A stretch of 64,000 nucleotides of DNA from the human T2T-CHM13v2.0 reference genome, Homo sapiens, in NCBI RefSeq assembly GCF_009914755.1, contig NC_060930.1, one strand, 5' to 3'. Of the stretch, positions 1-14,489 are shown one piece after another. The notes under the pieces are model-generated. The model was not told the origin of the DNA. It ran no database searches and saw only the letters and a list, made by a program, of their open reading frames with translations. Position numbers and translations under genes: made by a program. Each line of letters opens with the position of its first letter. Positions within the stretch are counted from its first letter, which is position 1.

Positions 1-227
1 AATCTCTAGTGGGAGGTGTAGGAGGAGCATTAAGCAAAATTCCAGGCCTTACTCTTTTCACACTGATCAGTTCAGGAGCCTGCATCCCACCTCTCTGCTG
101 AAGATGAGGGAAAATCTCTAACAGTAAACTGTCGATGTAAGGAAAAAGTGTTTCCTCATTGGAGACAATATATATAAATGAGGATTTTACCTGCCCAGAT
201 AAGAAAGTAAGAAATATTTAATTATTA

Positions 228-365
228 ACTCATTTAAGTTTTTGAGTATACTGTGTAACTTGCATATAGTATACTTAGAGTGGAAATGTCACATAAACAG
301 GAGAGACTTGACCCCATCCCCATGCAGTTCACATTCCACTAGGGAGAGGCATACAGTAAATAATA
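228..365 (-). mobile_element. L2 LINE 3' end fragment
   Basis: Degenerate L2 tail pattern 'ttgagtatactgtgtaac...cccatccccatgcagttcacattccactagggagaggca'. Boundaries approximate. Confidence 0.5.
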
Positions 366-461
366 CGTGTATAAAAGCAAATTTTAGTGTTTCTCATATA
401 AACAGTGGATTATCTGATAGTGTCCTAATTACATAGAATATTCAGAGACTTTCTCTTTGAT

Positions 462-594
462 TAAAGTGACCAGTAACTTCTCATCTCCATTGTGTCACAT
501 TTGAAAGTGACAGGTGACACATCAGCAATTACACTGGGACAACAGTTGTAAATCCAAGCTAACCAGAACATAACCAGGGTATATGGTTACTCTG
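462..594. mobile_element. hAT-Blackjack MITE (MER94-like)
   Basis: Ends 'agtgacca' and 'tatggttactct' resemble the (G)GGTGACCA TIRs. Internal 'aattacactgggacaacag' matches the recalled MER94 consensus. Confidence 0.55.
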
Positions 595-770
595 TCTTCA
601 AATGTAGTTTCAGTTTAGCTGAGATTAAAAAAAAAAAAAAGAACAGAAATCAATAAAGTAGAAAATAAGGGAAAAGAGTACTTTAAGTGGTAGAACAGCA
701 TATACACTGAGATCTTTCTCTGCCTAAAGAATGAAAAATGTCTAATGTGGCCAGCACAGACTGACTTAGT

Positions 771-935
771 CCAAAGCCCAGCAAACTATGTCCCTCAGTT
801 CAAATGCCGTCTATGCTTTTATAAACAATCAAATTAGAACACAGCCACAACCCTTTGATGTACTATTCTCTATTGCTCTTTCATGCTGCAACAGCAGAGT
901 TAAAGGACTTATAGAAAAAACTTCTAGGCCTGGAT
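771..935 (+). mobile_element. MER58A (hAT-Charlie) 5' portion
   Basis: 'cagcaaacta...gaacacagccac...gctctttcatgctgcaacagcagagtt' follows the MER58A consensus. Confidence 0.7.
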
Positions 936-1393
936 CTATCTACAAGGAGACATGAGCTTCTCACTGACGTTACCATGTATTATGTCCCACTGAGACACCA
1001 TCACCTTTAGCAATCCAGGCTCATGTAGGAGGTATCTGAACTGACCACAGCTCCTGGACAATGATTTGGACAGCTTGCCACCCTGCTGAAGGTACCAGCC
1101 TTTCACCTTTAATGAGGCTCATTCCTGTCCTCCTCACAGGGACCTTTTATACTCCTTCCATATGGCATCTAGGGCCCAGAGTGTTTGGCAAACAAATCAA
1201 GTTATTTCACCTTTGAATCAGTTAGTTTTGCCCAGATTCCAGCTCCCTTCTGAATATACAGCATTTCCTCAGTTATATAGGTGCCTGTTGGTCAACAAAA
1301 TAACTCCTGCACTCTGCCCAACTCAACACTACCTGGACAAAAGTCTACTTCTTATTTTCGACAAATGTCAGACGCTATGAAAAAAAGACTAAT

Positions 1394-1480
1394 TGACTAG
1401 TTACATTGGGGACCGTATGCCTCACAAAGCCTAAAATATTTGCTAACTGGCCATTTATAGAAAAAGTTTGCTAATCTCTG
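1394..1480 (+). mobile_element. MER58A 3' portion
   Basis: 'gaccgtatgcctcacaaagcctaaaatatttgctaactggccatttatagaaaaagtttgctaatctctg' is the MER58 3' end. Confidence 0.75.
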
Positions 1481-3079
1481 ATCTAGGGAAAGATTAGCAT
1501 GAGGTGCAGTTGGAGAGGTAGGTGCCCTGCTATTAAGATAAAAATATCTCAGAGTCCTCAAAGCAATCATTATTGCAGTGATCCAATTTGAATATCCGTA
1601 ATTATAGAATGATAGAAGCATAAGATACCTCAAGAGACAAATCTGCCATCATTATATAAATGGATTATTCAGGTTGATAGTACATTTTCCACACAATTCA
1701 CCATTTGCTTCTTCCCTTAGTAATTTCCTTGGATAAAATAGAACTTCTCTTTTCAAATAGTCACATTAGTAATTTCAGCTAAATAATAAGGTGCATTTTG
1801 ATAGCTTATAATGGCCTAAACTGTGGAATATATAAAAGAAAAACAATACATGAATGATTACTATCCATTTATAATTTGTCCGTAGGATGAGAGTAAGAAA
1901 GAGTGATACATAAAAAAGGAAGAAGGAAAGAAAAGAATACAAAGGTCACATATAATCATGTACCAATACAACCCACATCTTGCAAATAATGAAACATAAT
2001 TTATAAATAATGATTGAGCTAGTAGAATCATTAGGGCCGTTTAATGATGTTCCACAGGAGGTGACATAATGCAATCCAGTTAGAAAGCACTCTTACCTTT
2101 CAGGTTTTTTTTTCTTTAATATATCTTTTTTGACCAAAGAAAAGACATACAACACACAAAAAAAGAGAATGCAAATAGTAAACATTTGAGAGACAGATGG
2201 CTTTACCTAAAAACAACTGGTATTTTGCAGAACATAGTGGAGGAAAGTAGGATTAGATACTCAATCCTGGAAGTAAACTTTGGAAACTTTGAGCTGCAAA
2301 CACTGAGCACTTTCTGAAACTACTAATTAGCAAACTGATCACTGAAAACGACTGTGCTTCTGGTAGGTCTGTATAAAGCAAAAATAACATCCAACCCACA
2401 GCTGAGAATGAGATAATGCAAGATGAAATACCAGGCCAGAAGTGAGCGATTTGCCTTTTAACCCCACTAAGTGCAGATTTTAGTAAAGTTTTAACCTTCC
2501 TATGTGCTGTATGTGAAAAAGAATAGATATTTCTATCCATGTCATGGGTACACCATCAAACTAATGTATCATGAAAATAACAGTTCTTATTTCAAAGGTC
2601 AAGTTCAGTGACTTTCAACCAATGGTTTCCTTGTTTCATAAACGTCCTGAATTATTGATAAATATCTTGAGATAATGGACAATTCTTTTGCCCGCATTCA
2701 GTTAGCACCATTTCACAATCTTCTTAAATAAGGCTGATTTCTATCCAGATTTATATGAATTAAATTTCCTGGCATACCCCCTCTACTCTTGCTCCTTGGA
2801 GAATCTGGTCTGTGTAGTCCTCCATGATAGGAGCTCCTCCTTATAAATATTTATAACAAATTAATGGGTATCTAAAATATTCTTCTCCAGGATTAAATGA
2901 CATGAAAATTGTAGCAGTTTTTAATGTCTAACATAAAGCTGACTTCAAGCTCCTGTCTCATCTTCTAGGAGATGGCCTTTATTCAGTCCATTTTTACCTG
3001 ACCAATGATTCAATTTTCTTTATAAAATAGCAACACACTGCCAACAGGCATTAAATGAGTGTTCTTAGCAACACAGTCC

Positions 3080-3680
<601 letters not shown>

Positions 3681-6600
3681 CATCACCAATATATATTTTA
3701 TGTTTCTAAAAACACTTATTTATAGTATTGTTTTGTCTTCAGGGGAATCCATAATTTGGAACTCTTTTTGATTATTTGTATGTATTTTGTATGCTGGGGA
3801 GGGATGGGAAATAAACTCAAAACAATTGTTTGCAGATTATAGCTAGTAAGTCTTTTCTGTTTCTTTGGACAGGAAGAATTACCTGTCACCTTCCTAAAGA
3901 CTGTGTGCACTTCTGCCATTTCTTTTGCTTAAAAATTTTCTTCATCTATTATATTACATCAGATCTGAGATGAATTTATAGGAATGGGACAAATTTGGAT
4001 ATATGTAGAAATATTTAGACTGTGAAATAGGGTTCATATTCTGAACTAGTAAAATAAATTCCATTAAAATGCCTTAAAATATTTTAATCTCATTTAAATA
4101 AAACAGAATACAAAGAGAAAAAAATGTAACCTTCATTACCAGAAACCCTCAAAAACCACTGTCAGGTTATTTATTTGTAGCTTTTCTGGGGTGATTATGA
4201 TGAGCTAGAAGCCATCTTGCCTTTCCTAAATGCCTCGTAACATTAATCTCTGTTTAAGAAACAATAAAATTTTTTTTGAAAAATATACAATTTGGCTAAA
4301 TTACAGATTTGGATATATTTTTAGTGTCATTAATTTTGTTTAAAAATGAGCAACCTAGCTAAATACATGGTATATTTTGTTGGTAGACTTCACATTCACT
4401 AACTCTAAAAATCATAAACATGAGTGAAATTTCTGTCCAAAAAAGAAAGAAATATTTGATTTGAAATGCTAAGTTTTTTCCAATATATTGCAATGCATTT
4501 TGTTTTATTTTCTAATATCAGTACATTTGTATATTCAATCAATTATACAATCAACAGAGAACCCACAAAGTAATAAGACCTATGCAAAAAATAAAAATAT
4601 GCATTTTCTTTGCCTTCAAAATGCTTACAATTTGGTGGAGGAAATAAACATTAAGAAAATACAATTATTACTAGGGATCAAATAATAAGTTTTCAGTGAT
4701 TTTGATAGGAACATGAAATATTTGAAATCAAATGTATAGGTACTTCTTTAAGACATAGTATCATTTAAATATTTATTATAAACCATGTTTGGACTTTTGG
4801 TGATTACACTGGTTAGGCCATTTATCCATGTTAATAGAATAATTTTATAAAACATTCGAGAAAACCTACCAATTCCACTCTGCTGGGACTTGAATACAAG
4901 AGACCCAATACGATCAAACCCTATTGAGTAGCACTGTTACTTTATCAGATCTGACTTTGTTTAATTCCCAAGGAAGCTGTGGGGTAGTTTGTTAATGGAT
5001 ACACTTTGTAAATAGAATTTTCAAAAGAATGTTCACAGTTGGGCCTCCTGTTGTTTTCTGTTGGTTTGAAAGGGGGCATTCACAGCTGCAGAAAGCAGTT
5101 CACAATTATCAAATTGGCTTTTTCTACAATGTAAGATAATACTAACACATGCAATTTCTGGCATTTTCACAAAAACAGCAAGCCAATCATTTGCATTTTC
5201 ACATTAGGTGTGGACATTTCCTCTCTGGGTCTAATTGACCTTATCCAAGTTATAGAGAAGAAAATTTGGAGAGCTAGAGGAAACCCATTTTCAAAATCAA
5301 GCCACTGAATCCGAACCAGATTAAGGGCATCTAAATTAAACTGCCTGATGGTGGGTTTGTTCCTCCCTGCACACTGGTTTCCACTTTTCAAATATCCCTC
5401 TAACAGAAGTTTCAAAGGAACTGGAATCTTGCCAAATCCAGATATACTAAAGCAGATACACTTGACTAAATATGAACAAGTAATAGGGGATTTCGTATGG
5501 TCTTACAGTGAAATTAACTCCCAATAAACCCACGTAAGACCATTATGATTAACAGTATGACAGTGAATATTAAATGACTAGAGTAGTTGAGCGTTTATTT
5601 CCAAATAAATCTAAGTATTCAAATGTTATTATATTGACAGATTAAAAAAATTGCATAAGGAAAAACAGTACAAATAACTGATCTCAGAGTTTATTTTATC
5701 ACAATGACATAATATCAAGGTTCAAAATGAGTCTTAATCACAATATACAAACCACCACTCATGAACAAATATGAAACCTGATCAAAATCTATTAGGTGAC
5801 AACACAGGAAAGTAGATGTTAATGTTTTAATTACAATTAATAAAGTGTGTCAAATGGATATTCTTATAGCTTATGAAGATTGGTTCCTTGTAGAGAAAAG
5901 ATGGCTCTTATGGTTTCATAAGACCACTTCTATTGGGCACACATCATTAATTTGATTTTATCTCTTCTGTAAGATATTCATTAAGCTACAACTAAATATA
6001 TTTATTAAGCTTCAAGTAAAATATGCATTTTAGCAATTTTTAAAATGGAAAGTAGAAAAGGAAAAGCTGGCATTTATCTTGTAAAATATTAGTACCTTAA
6101 GCTACAGCCTGTTTTTAAATATTAATTAATTTTATTCTAAAACCCAATAATGATTTTACAACACCATTGTTATGATACAATAGGTCTTTGTCCTTTACAG
6201 GTTTAATATTTACTGTTTCGATGACATGCTACTTATGAAGATTGTCGGTGACATAGAGTATTGTTTTCAAGTGCAAATCTGAATCAGATGCGCTATAAAG
6301 CTGACTGAAGAAGCCACTTAACAAGGATGTGTACTCACTCCCACACATTTACATCTAGCATCCTACACACAATCATTTTAGTGTAGTGATAAAAAGAATC
6401 TTATTAGGTTAAAACGGCATCAAGTTAACTCGTGCTTGATATATATACAAAACACATGATGATGATCTCAAATATCACTTAAAAGAAACCACACACTTAT
6501 CCGAATATATCTAGCTTGATGAATTTGAGGGTTAGATAGAAGCTCCAGAATATATATGAACATATTTGTAGTCTACTATATATTCTAAAAAGAATAGAAT

Positions 6601-6999
6601 AGAATAGACTCTTGACATCTGTTAATAATATTACCTGTGATCTTTGCAAATAGCTAAATTTATTCACGTCACTACAGCATATAATTTCCAGCATCACAAA
6701 CATCCCTCTCCCCTGTAAATTGCATATGTGAAAAATAGCGGAAAACAATAAAGACTGGTTGAGATGCAGACATTAAAAGATTTAGCTAGGTTTACAAACT
6801 AGTTAAGATTGGGCTAGATCCACTATATAAGTCAGACCACTTTAACACTAAAATTCCAATTAGAAATTATTGAACTTGTTTTGCAATAGACCACACACAG
6901 TAAATACTATAAATTCTAAGTCCATGAAAGCCAAGAAACTATTTTAGTAAAAGGCAATACTCTCCATGAACTGTTTAAATCCTGGGACAGGTTCTGATT

Positions 7000-8720
7000 C
7001 AACTTAAGATGTATAAATCCACAAGAAAATATCACTTCTTTCCTCACAAGAAAAGGCCAGGAAAAAAAAAAAAACTACAAAATCACAACATTTCAAACCT
7101 ATCAGAGAACTGAGGTGAAGGGTAAAGTAAATTCCAAGGGATGAAAAAGCTTCTAAGGAAAGAAGAGACACATGAACTGTTTTACCTTCACAGAGCACAA
7201 GAGTAAGAAGTGACCAGCATAAAAATAAAGGAAAACAGCTAAAACATGAATGCATTCTCAAACACCAAGAACGGGCTCAGGTGAAAATTTAGAATTACCT
7301 GGGAGCCTCAGGCACTGGCGACTCTGCAATCACTCTCTAGTTTTTTACTATGAGCCTCCATCTTGTACTCCTGAGAAAGATTGGGGTCAGAAAAGGATAT
7401 CTGAGAGAGTTCCACCTTTGTGGGGGCACAGGCATGAATCTCTTTCCACCTCTTAGACTTTTTCTCATATGAAGCAAAGCTATAAACCACTGGGTGAAGG
7501 GCAGGAAACTCTAGCCTCTCCTCCCAGGCAGGGGTAAATAGTAGAAATCAAAATTGTGTGACCTTTGGGAAGGGGCACAAAACTGGACCTTTTCCTACCA
7601 CAAGCATTGTCTCAAAGAACAAGCAACAGCAATCTCCTACACAACAAGTTTAGGAAACCCTCTTTCACTAGTCCCAGGCAAAGGTACAAGGTTACTGATG
7701 GAGATACAGAAGCAAACTTGGCTCTGTAAGAGAGGTCTACTTCTGTTGGTGAGGGGCAGTAAAGTCTCTCCAAATCAAGAGTCTCACAGATACAAGACAG
7801 AGTTTGACTGTCATGAGGAAAAACAGAAATGCTAATAAAGATCCTTCATCATGTTGTATATAGAGAGGATCTGACTAAGACTGAAGCTGGAACACAAAAA
7901 CTTAAGAGACAATTCTTGCACTTACTGCATGCCTCAAACAAGCAAAGTAACACCGTTGGAAGAGAGATAACAACATGGAAAAATGCTTTCTATGGTGCAG
8001 GTGTGTAGGGACTACTGAAATCTGAGTATAGAGCAGGAACATAAAGAAAATTTCACTGGCAAACTAGCCCCATATTAAGCAAAAGGTGTTAGTAGCCCAC
8101 TGTTAGGAAATTTGAAACCTGTGATGCACTAAAGATAACTACAGCCACGATAACACCAAACCAAGCTTAACTACTATCTGGTTTGACTCAGCTTTGCACA
8201 GTAATAGCCTGACAGAAGAAGGGGCATGCACCTTTATAAGCACAGGTACTATTTACCTTAGTCTCTACTGTTCTTTCACACATAATTCTAGAATTCAGCA
8301 AAAAAAAAATATGACACACTCACAGCCGGGGAATAAAATAAGTCTTTGTCAAGAGTCAAAATAGACAACAGAACCAGACACAGTGCTGACATACTGAAAA
8401 ATCAAAGCCTTAAAATTAATTATAATATATGAAAGGATCAAGTGAAAAAAACAGGACAACATGGATGAATAATCATCATGCAATTTCAACAGAGATATGG
8501 AAACTATAAAAAGTGCTCAAATGGAAAGGTTAGAATTAAAAAGTATGATATCAGTAATGAAGACTTCTTTAACAGCAGACAGGGTACAACAGTAGACAGA
8601 ATCAGCAAACCTAAAAGTAGGTCAATAGAAATTATTCTAATTGTAACCCCAAAACAGAGAAAAACATGAGTGGAAAACAAACAAACAAAAACAAAACAAA
8701 ACAGAAGGTATTATCAAATA
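7000..8720 (+). mobile_element. Old L1 (L1M-type) 5' UTR/ORF1 fragment
   Basis: A-rich, with ORF1-like 'aatttcaacagagatatggaaactataaaa...aacagcagac...gtcaatagaaattatt'. Boundaries approximate. Confidence 0.65.
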
Positions 8721-8729
8721 ATCTTAACC

Positions 8730-9160
8730 CTGGGCATAAATTGCAGTTTTACTTAAGTATCACTTCTTCCCTTCCGACATGGTGGCAAAATTATGAGACA
8801 TATGAATACTTGGCTAAAGATTAAATTACCAGCCTACTTTGCATGTAGGAGTAACCATGCAGCCAAATTAGGGTCATCAGATTTCAGGAGATATTGTATG
8901 TGTGATTTTTTAGGTCATACTCTTAAAACGAAGAGGAAAGCCCTTCTTTTCCTTTCTATACCCTTCTCAAAAGGCTTAGATGGGGGTATTTCCTTGAGGA
9001 TGGTAAATAAACAATTTTATAAAAACCTGGGTCCCTGGCACCATAAACTTATCAGGTCAGCTCTGGACTACTTATACTCAGCCTATAATCTGAGATACAT
9101 ATTTCAAGATATTTTTATTTGGGGTATTAATGTAGTAGTAAAACATATATTCTACTGAAA
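8730..9160 (+). mobile_element. ERVL solo LTR (LTR33/LTR16-like)
   Basis: 'ccagcctactttgcatgtaggagtaaccatgcagccaaatt' resembles the LTR33/16 core motif; degenerate 3' end. Confidence 0.5.
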
Positions 9161-10264
9161 ATAAACCCCCAGCTAGAGAAAGCTTAAAGTTAAATTTGGA
9201 ATTACTTTATCATTTCTGGCTGTAAAACTAACACAGTGTCACCTCACACAGATAATCATCAGAAAATACCAAGAGAATGACAAATTAAGGGGAAAGTCCT
9301 TCTTTTCATTTCTTTACTCAACAAACTTAGATGTGACTAGCCCAAAATACGTCTTAATTGTGAGAAAAATATTTAATTAAAGTTTGGACAAATTCAGGCT
9401 AACTAGATAGTATAAAATATGTAACACCAAAATTTTAGCTTTCTAAGCATCATACAGAGAAAGATTAGAAACTAATTAAGTAACACAAATATGTTGCTCC
9501 TTCACTCTATTAAAGTTAGAGGAAACATCAATTTTCAGAATTGTACACATTTTAAAACCAAAAGTTGAATACTATGATAAACAGCATGTGTAAGTACAGA
9601 ATAAGAATGTATCTGTAAAACACTAGACACAAACAGTTGTAGATACAAATAACGTACACAAATGTGTAGTTTGGCAATAGACAAATTCCATGAAAAATTT
9701 GGTTCTCTGAAGTAATGAATAACTCTAAAATAATTTTAGTTTGTACAAAAAACCTAAAATTATATAAGGCTACAGTAAAATATATATGCTATCTAATGAT
9801 CTAAATATTGTCCTTTGGAATATTCTTAAGCTTATTCTCAATTCGAATTTAAACTATTATATCAAACTACTAATAAGACTAATAACCTCATTTCTGATTT
9901 TAATCTCATTTTCTTCATATAACTATCCACTCACTCATTAAAAACACAATTATTGACTTTTATGATCTGCAAAGCTCTACATTGTGCAAGACAAAACATA
10001 CTGTATTTCAAAATTTTCCCACACAAGTTATTGATTGATTTAAATATGAGTATATTACATAGTAAAGTAGCTATAAAACAGAAATAAAAATTGTTTTGTA
10101 ACTGGAAAACAAACCAGCAACATTTCTTCTCTAATTAGATTCCATGAGCAGAGGTATCATCAATAAGAATTGAGAAAGATGTTAGAATGAGAAGGTTCAA
10201 GCCGTAAAGCCTTGGAATACAAAAATAGTGCTTTTGTAAGAAAATCAAATACATTATAGGACAT

Positions 10265-10385
10265 AGGAAGAGCACTTATTAGGATGTCAGGAAACCCAGG
10301 ATTTTTTTCTTGCTCTTCCACTACTTATTTATAATCTTAGAGAAATTACTGTGCCTTAGTTTTCTCATTTGTGAGAGGAAGGTAA
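10265..10385 (+). mobile_element. MIR fragment
   Basis: 'ctgtgccttagttttctcatttgt' MIR core. Confidence 0.55.
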
Positions 10386-12039
10386 ATTCTAAAAACCTAC
10401 ATTTTCTTCTACTTCTTTGATAACATGTTATGTTCTTGTGTACAGATGCATTACATACGTGTGGTTAGCCATTTGCTCTAGTCCACTTACCCTGGGTAAA
10501 TGGGTAAATGGGCTCCCCAGTATTTTTGTATTTTTACCAGGTAACTTGTGACATTGAAGAGCTTATGAGCAAGCAACTTTCATTCCTCTAACATACTAAA
10601 TGTTTGAATGGCAGTGAGTTACCATCAGTTAACTGCTCTTTGAGTTTTTATGCCATTGGGAATGTTGAACAGAACACCTGCTCCTCTGGAACACAGATAA
10701 TGAGGATCCAAGAGGCAGCTGGAAGGTTAAGAGCAATCTAAAAACACTTCACAGAGTAAACCTAGTGGGACGGAAGTCTTCACTATTGCCATGCCCTACT
10801 AAACTGGTCTCACCAGACCCTGAGAGCCCACAAGTTGTTCCTCATACAGATGCTCTAGTAACTTTAAGGAGCTCTAGTTACAAAAAGTCACAACCACAAC
10901 ATGTCCATTGATTGAACGATGAACAACTTAACTTTTCTTGGTGCATTCTCAGAATGTTTATGGCTGTCACTCTAGAGACACTCAAGTTAGTATAATAGAG
11001 GAGGCAAACAGCATGAAGTGGAAATAATGGCCCATGCTGTTCTTTTAGACACAAAGGATTTTGTTTCAAGAATCTTAAATCTTTTATATAGAAAGACACA
11101 CTTTTCAAGGGGAAGGGTGTTAGCATATTTTATTACTCCGCTTTCAAACACAGAGCAACACAGCTACAGAGGGATTTGGCCACTTACCAAAAACAGGCCA
11201 GCACCAGAGTTGGGAATAAAGAAAACTCAAATTCTATTATCACAGAGATATTATATTATTCCAAAATAATGTTACACAAACAAATGTAAATCAAACTGTA
11301 AAATCCCAGTGTAAAGACACTTACTTTACAGAAACTTAAAACCTAGGGAAGTTTGACCAATTCCTATGTGAAATTCATATTCCCTGGAAATTATAAGAAC
11401 ACATTGTAATTTGAATATTTCAAAAAAGATATTTACTGCTCCCTTTTTTTAACTTATGAATCAATATTCCACTTCATTCCACAAAGGATTTGAGATATCA
11501 TACACAACTAAGTATCATTCAATAAAAAGGAGTGGGAAGAGAGAAGAGGACAAATAAATTAAACTAAAAGAAAAATTGTGTTCAAATAGTAAAATAAAAG
11601 AAAGTAAGTACATGGTAATGCATGTTATAATGCATGGGTAAACATGGTTGAGACAGCACAAAAGAAATAAAGAACAATTACAAAATTACTTCTCCCACAA
11701 GATAAATATATAATACCGGCTTAAAAGCAGCACTAGTTTTCTTTACAATGAGGGTTAAACCATGTTTCCACAAGATTAACAGAAGGTCTAGTCATTAACT
11801 GATGAAGTGGAAAAAATTCTTAGACAAACTACAATATACAATACCCAGTGTCCTGTGAGTTTCTTACAGGCCATAACAGCAGAACTCACTGGAAACTGAT
11901 TACAAACCCTGTGATGGGCACTGTAGGGGCTATCATGGGAGGTGGTAGTGGACCTCTAAATACATAGCTCTAAAGCTCTGTGATGGTTTTTGTTTCACAC
12001 AAAAACAGACATTTCTATTTATATAGAATAACAGTTTTT

Positions 12040-12178
12040 ATTTTGAGGCCTAAAGATGGGCTTCAGAGAGGCATCAAGGATTTCTAATATTCAATGCACA
12101 TTTGCTATTTTTCACATTTTTTGAGGGATAATTCACACCTTCCACTATATTTTTCAGGATCCTTGACCCCAAATGGCC
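12040..12178. mobile_element. hAT-Charlie fragment (MER102-like)
   Basis: 'gatgggcttcagagagg...ggatccttgacccc' resembles the recalled MER102 consensus. Confidence 0.4.
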
Positions 12179-12372
12179 AGCTATGTAGAAAAGGAATTTG
12201 GTGAACTACTTATCTTGCAGTTCATATTTCACTGGATTACTTTTTGGAACTGAAGTTATAACGTGTTTAAGGCAGCAGATTAGTGACTGGTGTTATGAAC
12301 ATTGGCAGGAGCGTGAAGTACATGTGTTGTGTTGCTAATTATCTGTATAATTATAGACTTTTAAAGCCTTCT

Positions 12373-13168
12373 TATGCAGCCAACAGACACATGAAAAAAT
12401 GCTCATCATCACTGGCCATCAGAGAAAGCAAATCAAAACCACAGTGAGATACCATCTCACACCAGTTAGAATGGTGATCATTAAAAAGTCAGGAAACAAC
12501 AGGTGCTGGAGAGGATGTGGAGAAATAGGAACACTTTTACACTGTTGGTGGGACTGTAAACTAGTTCAACCATTGTGAAAGACAGTGTGGTGATTCCTCA
12601 AGGATCTAGAACTAGAAATACCATTTGACCCAGCCATCCCATTACTGGGTATATACCCAAAGGATTATAAATCATACTGGTATAAAGACACATGCACATG
12701 AATGTTTATTGTGGCACTATTCACAATAGCAAAGACTTGGAACCAACCCAAATGTCCATCAGTGATAGACTGGATTAAGAAAATGTGGCACATATACACC
12801 ATGGAATACTATGCAGCCATAAAAAAGGATGAGTTCATGTCCTTTGTAGGGACATGGATGAAGCTGGAAACCATCATTCTCAGCACACTGTCGCAAGGAC
12901 AAAAAACCAAACACCGCATGTTCTCACTCATAGGTGGGAATTGAACAATGAGAACACATGGACACAGGAAGGGGAACATCACACACCAGGGCCTGTCGTG
13001 GGGTGGGGGGAGTGGGAAGGGATAGCATTAGGAGATATACCTAATGTAAATGACGAGTTAATGGGTGCAGCACACCAACATGGCACATGTATACATATGT
13101 AACAAACCTGCATGTTGTGCACATGTATGCTAGAACTTAAAGTATAATTAAAAAAAAAAGAAAAGAAA
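12373..13168 (+). mobile_element. L1PA (PA5/6-like), 5'-truncated: ORF2 C-terminus, 3' UTR and polyA
   Basis: ORF 12702-12944 is the L1 ORF2p C-terminus (MFIVALFTIAKTWNQPKCPS...MFSLIGGN). Canonical 3' UTR and A tail. Confidence 0.95.
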
Positions 13169-13577
13169 CCAAAAACCTTATAAGTAGAAGATTGAAAGTT
13201 ATGAAAGCCATGAAGACAGTTAAGAAAAGAAGACTAAGAATTAAACCATTGAGATAGACCCAAATTTTTAAATTATTTAACACAGTTAAATGGGAAAAAT
13301 AATATATCTACTTTATCAATTATTTTGAGAATCAAATAATTATTGTATGTAAAGTTCTTATAATTTACTATATAGTAAATGCTATAAACATGTTGTTATG
13401 ATTCTAATTATTATTATTATTACCACTACTATTTTAAATTCTGTATCTTGTGGAAAAGCTGAATAACTACAAGGATGTCTGAGATATTTCCCCTTAAACT
13501 TGCTTTATTTACCTTGCACCAAAATAACGAAACTTCCACCTTATATAGCATACTTGTTAGATATTTGATCTAGGATA

Positions 13578-14128
13578 TGATTTCTATCAGGAGATTTTTC
13601 TGTACATCAAATTACTCCAACCTTATAAGTTTAAAACCACAATCATTTATTTTTGCCACTAAGTCTACAAGTCAGCTAAGTGGTCCTTTCCATCTGAGCC
13701 AGGCTGGGCTGATCTGGGCTACACTTGCTCGTGTGTTTGAGGTCATCAGCAAGTTAGCTGAGTCTGGCTGATCTAAGATGGACTTAATCACAGGTCTGCT
13801 GATTGGCCAGTTATTGAGTGGGCCAGAGTTAACTGAACCATATGTAGCTCATCATCCAAAAGGGTAGCTTTTTCATATGGTGGCTCAGGAAGTTTCTAAA
13901 GGAGAAAACAGAAATATGCAAGTCTTTTTAGTCCTAAACTTGATATTCATACAATGACACTCATACCACATGTAATGGGGCAAACCAAGTTGCAAGTCTG
14001 AACCAATTCCAAGAGTAAAGAAACAAACCACAGCTCTTGAAGGCAGAACCTTCAAAGTTATGTTGCAAAAAGAATGGAGATACAGAGAAGAATGGGAATG
14101 TCTTACCATTTTTATCATGTACTACATT
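13578..14128 (-). mobile_element. MLT1 (ERVL-MaLR) solo LTR
   Basis: Begins with the reverse complement of the MLT1 3' end, 'aaattactccaacctt...ttaaaaccacaatcatttattt'. Confidence 0.7.
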
Positions 14129-14489
14129 ATTAAGTAAGAAGTTTAAAAACTCCTCACAATGACCTTCCAAAACTTTGAATAAACCACCTGAAAGAAAAAT
14201 CTAAATTAAATTAGTATGATGACACATTTAATACAAATTAGATGTAAAATTCTTACTCTATGTGAATATATTAAATAAATAGAATTAATCTGCTATTTAA
14301 AATTAGTGAAAATGTTTTGCTGAAATATCTGTCATTTTTTAGGGGATGGGGAGTAGTACTAGGTACTAGAGCCAACCATCAGTTCACCTTATGACCACAA
14401 AATATAAAAGAATATATTACATTGTATTTTGCCATTATAGAGAGTAACTCATATGGCTAAACCTAAAGGGCTATTGAGGGCCAATATTA

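Noticed and set aside
902-950. KGLIEKLLGLDLSTR resembling kinase subdomain XI
   Set aside because: Needs a frameshift, is too short, and overlaps MER58-like sequence.
2097-2124. Idea that the lysine-rich mini-exon belongs to triadin (TRDN)
   Set aside because: The peptide does not match the triadin sequence I recall and no other triadin-like exon was seen; the host gene is left unassigned.
3883-3945. Minus donor CAG|gtaatt with peptide AKEMAEVHTVFRKVT
   Set aside because: No credible pyrimidine tract or acceptor, and no recognised protein.
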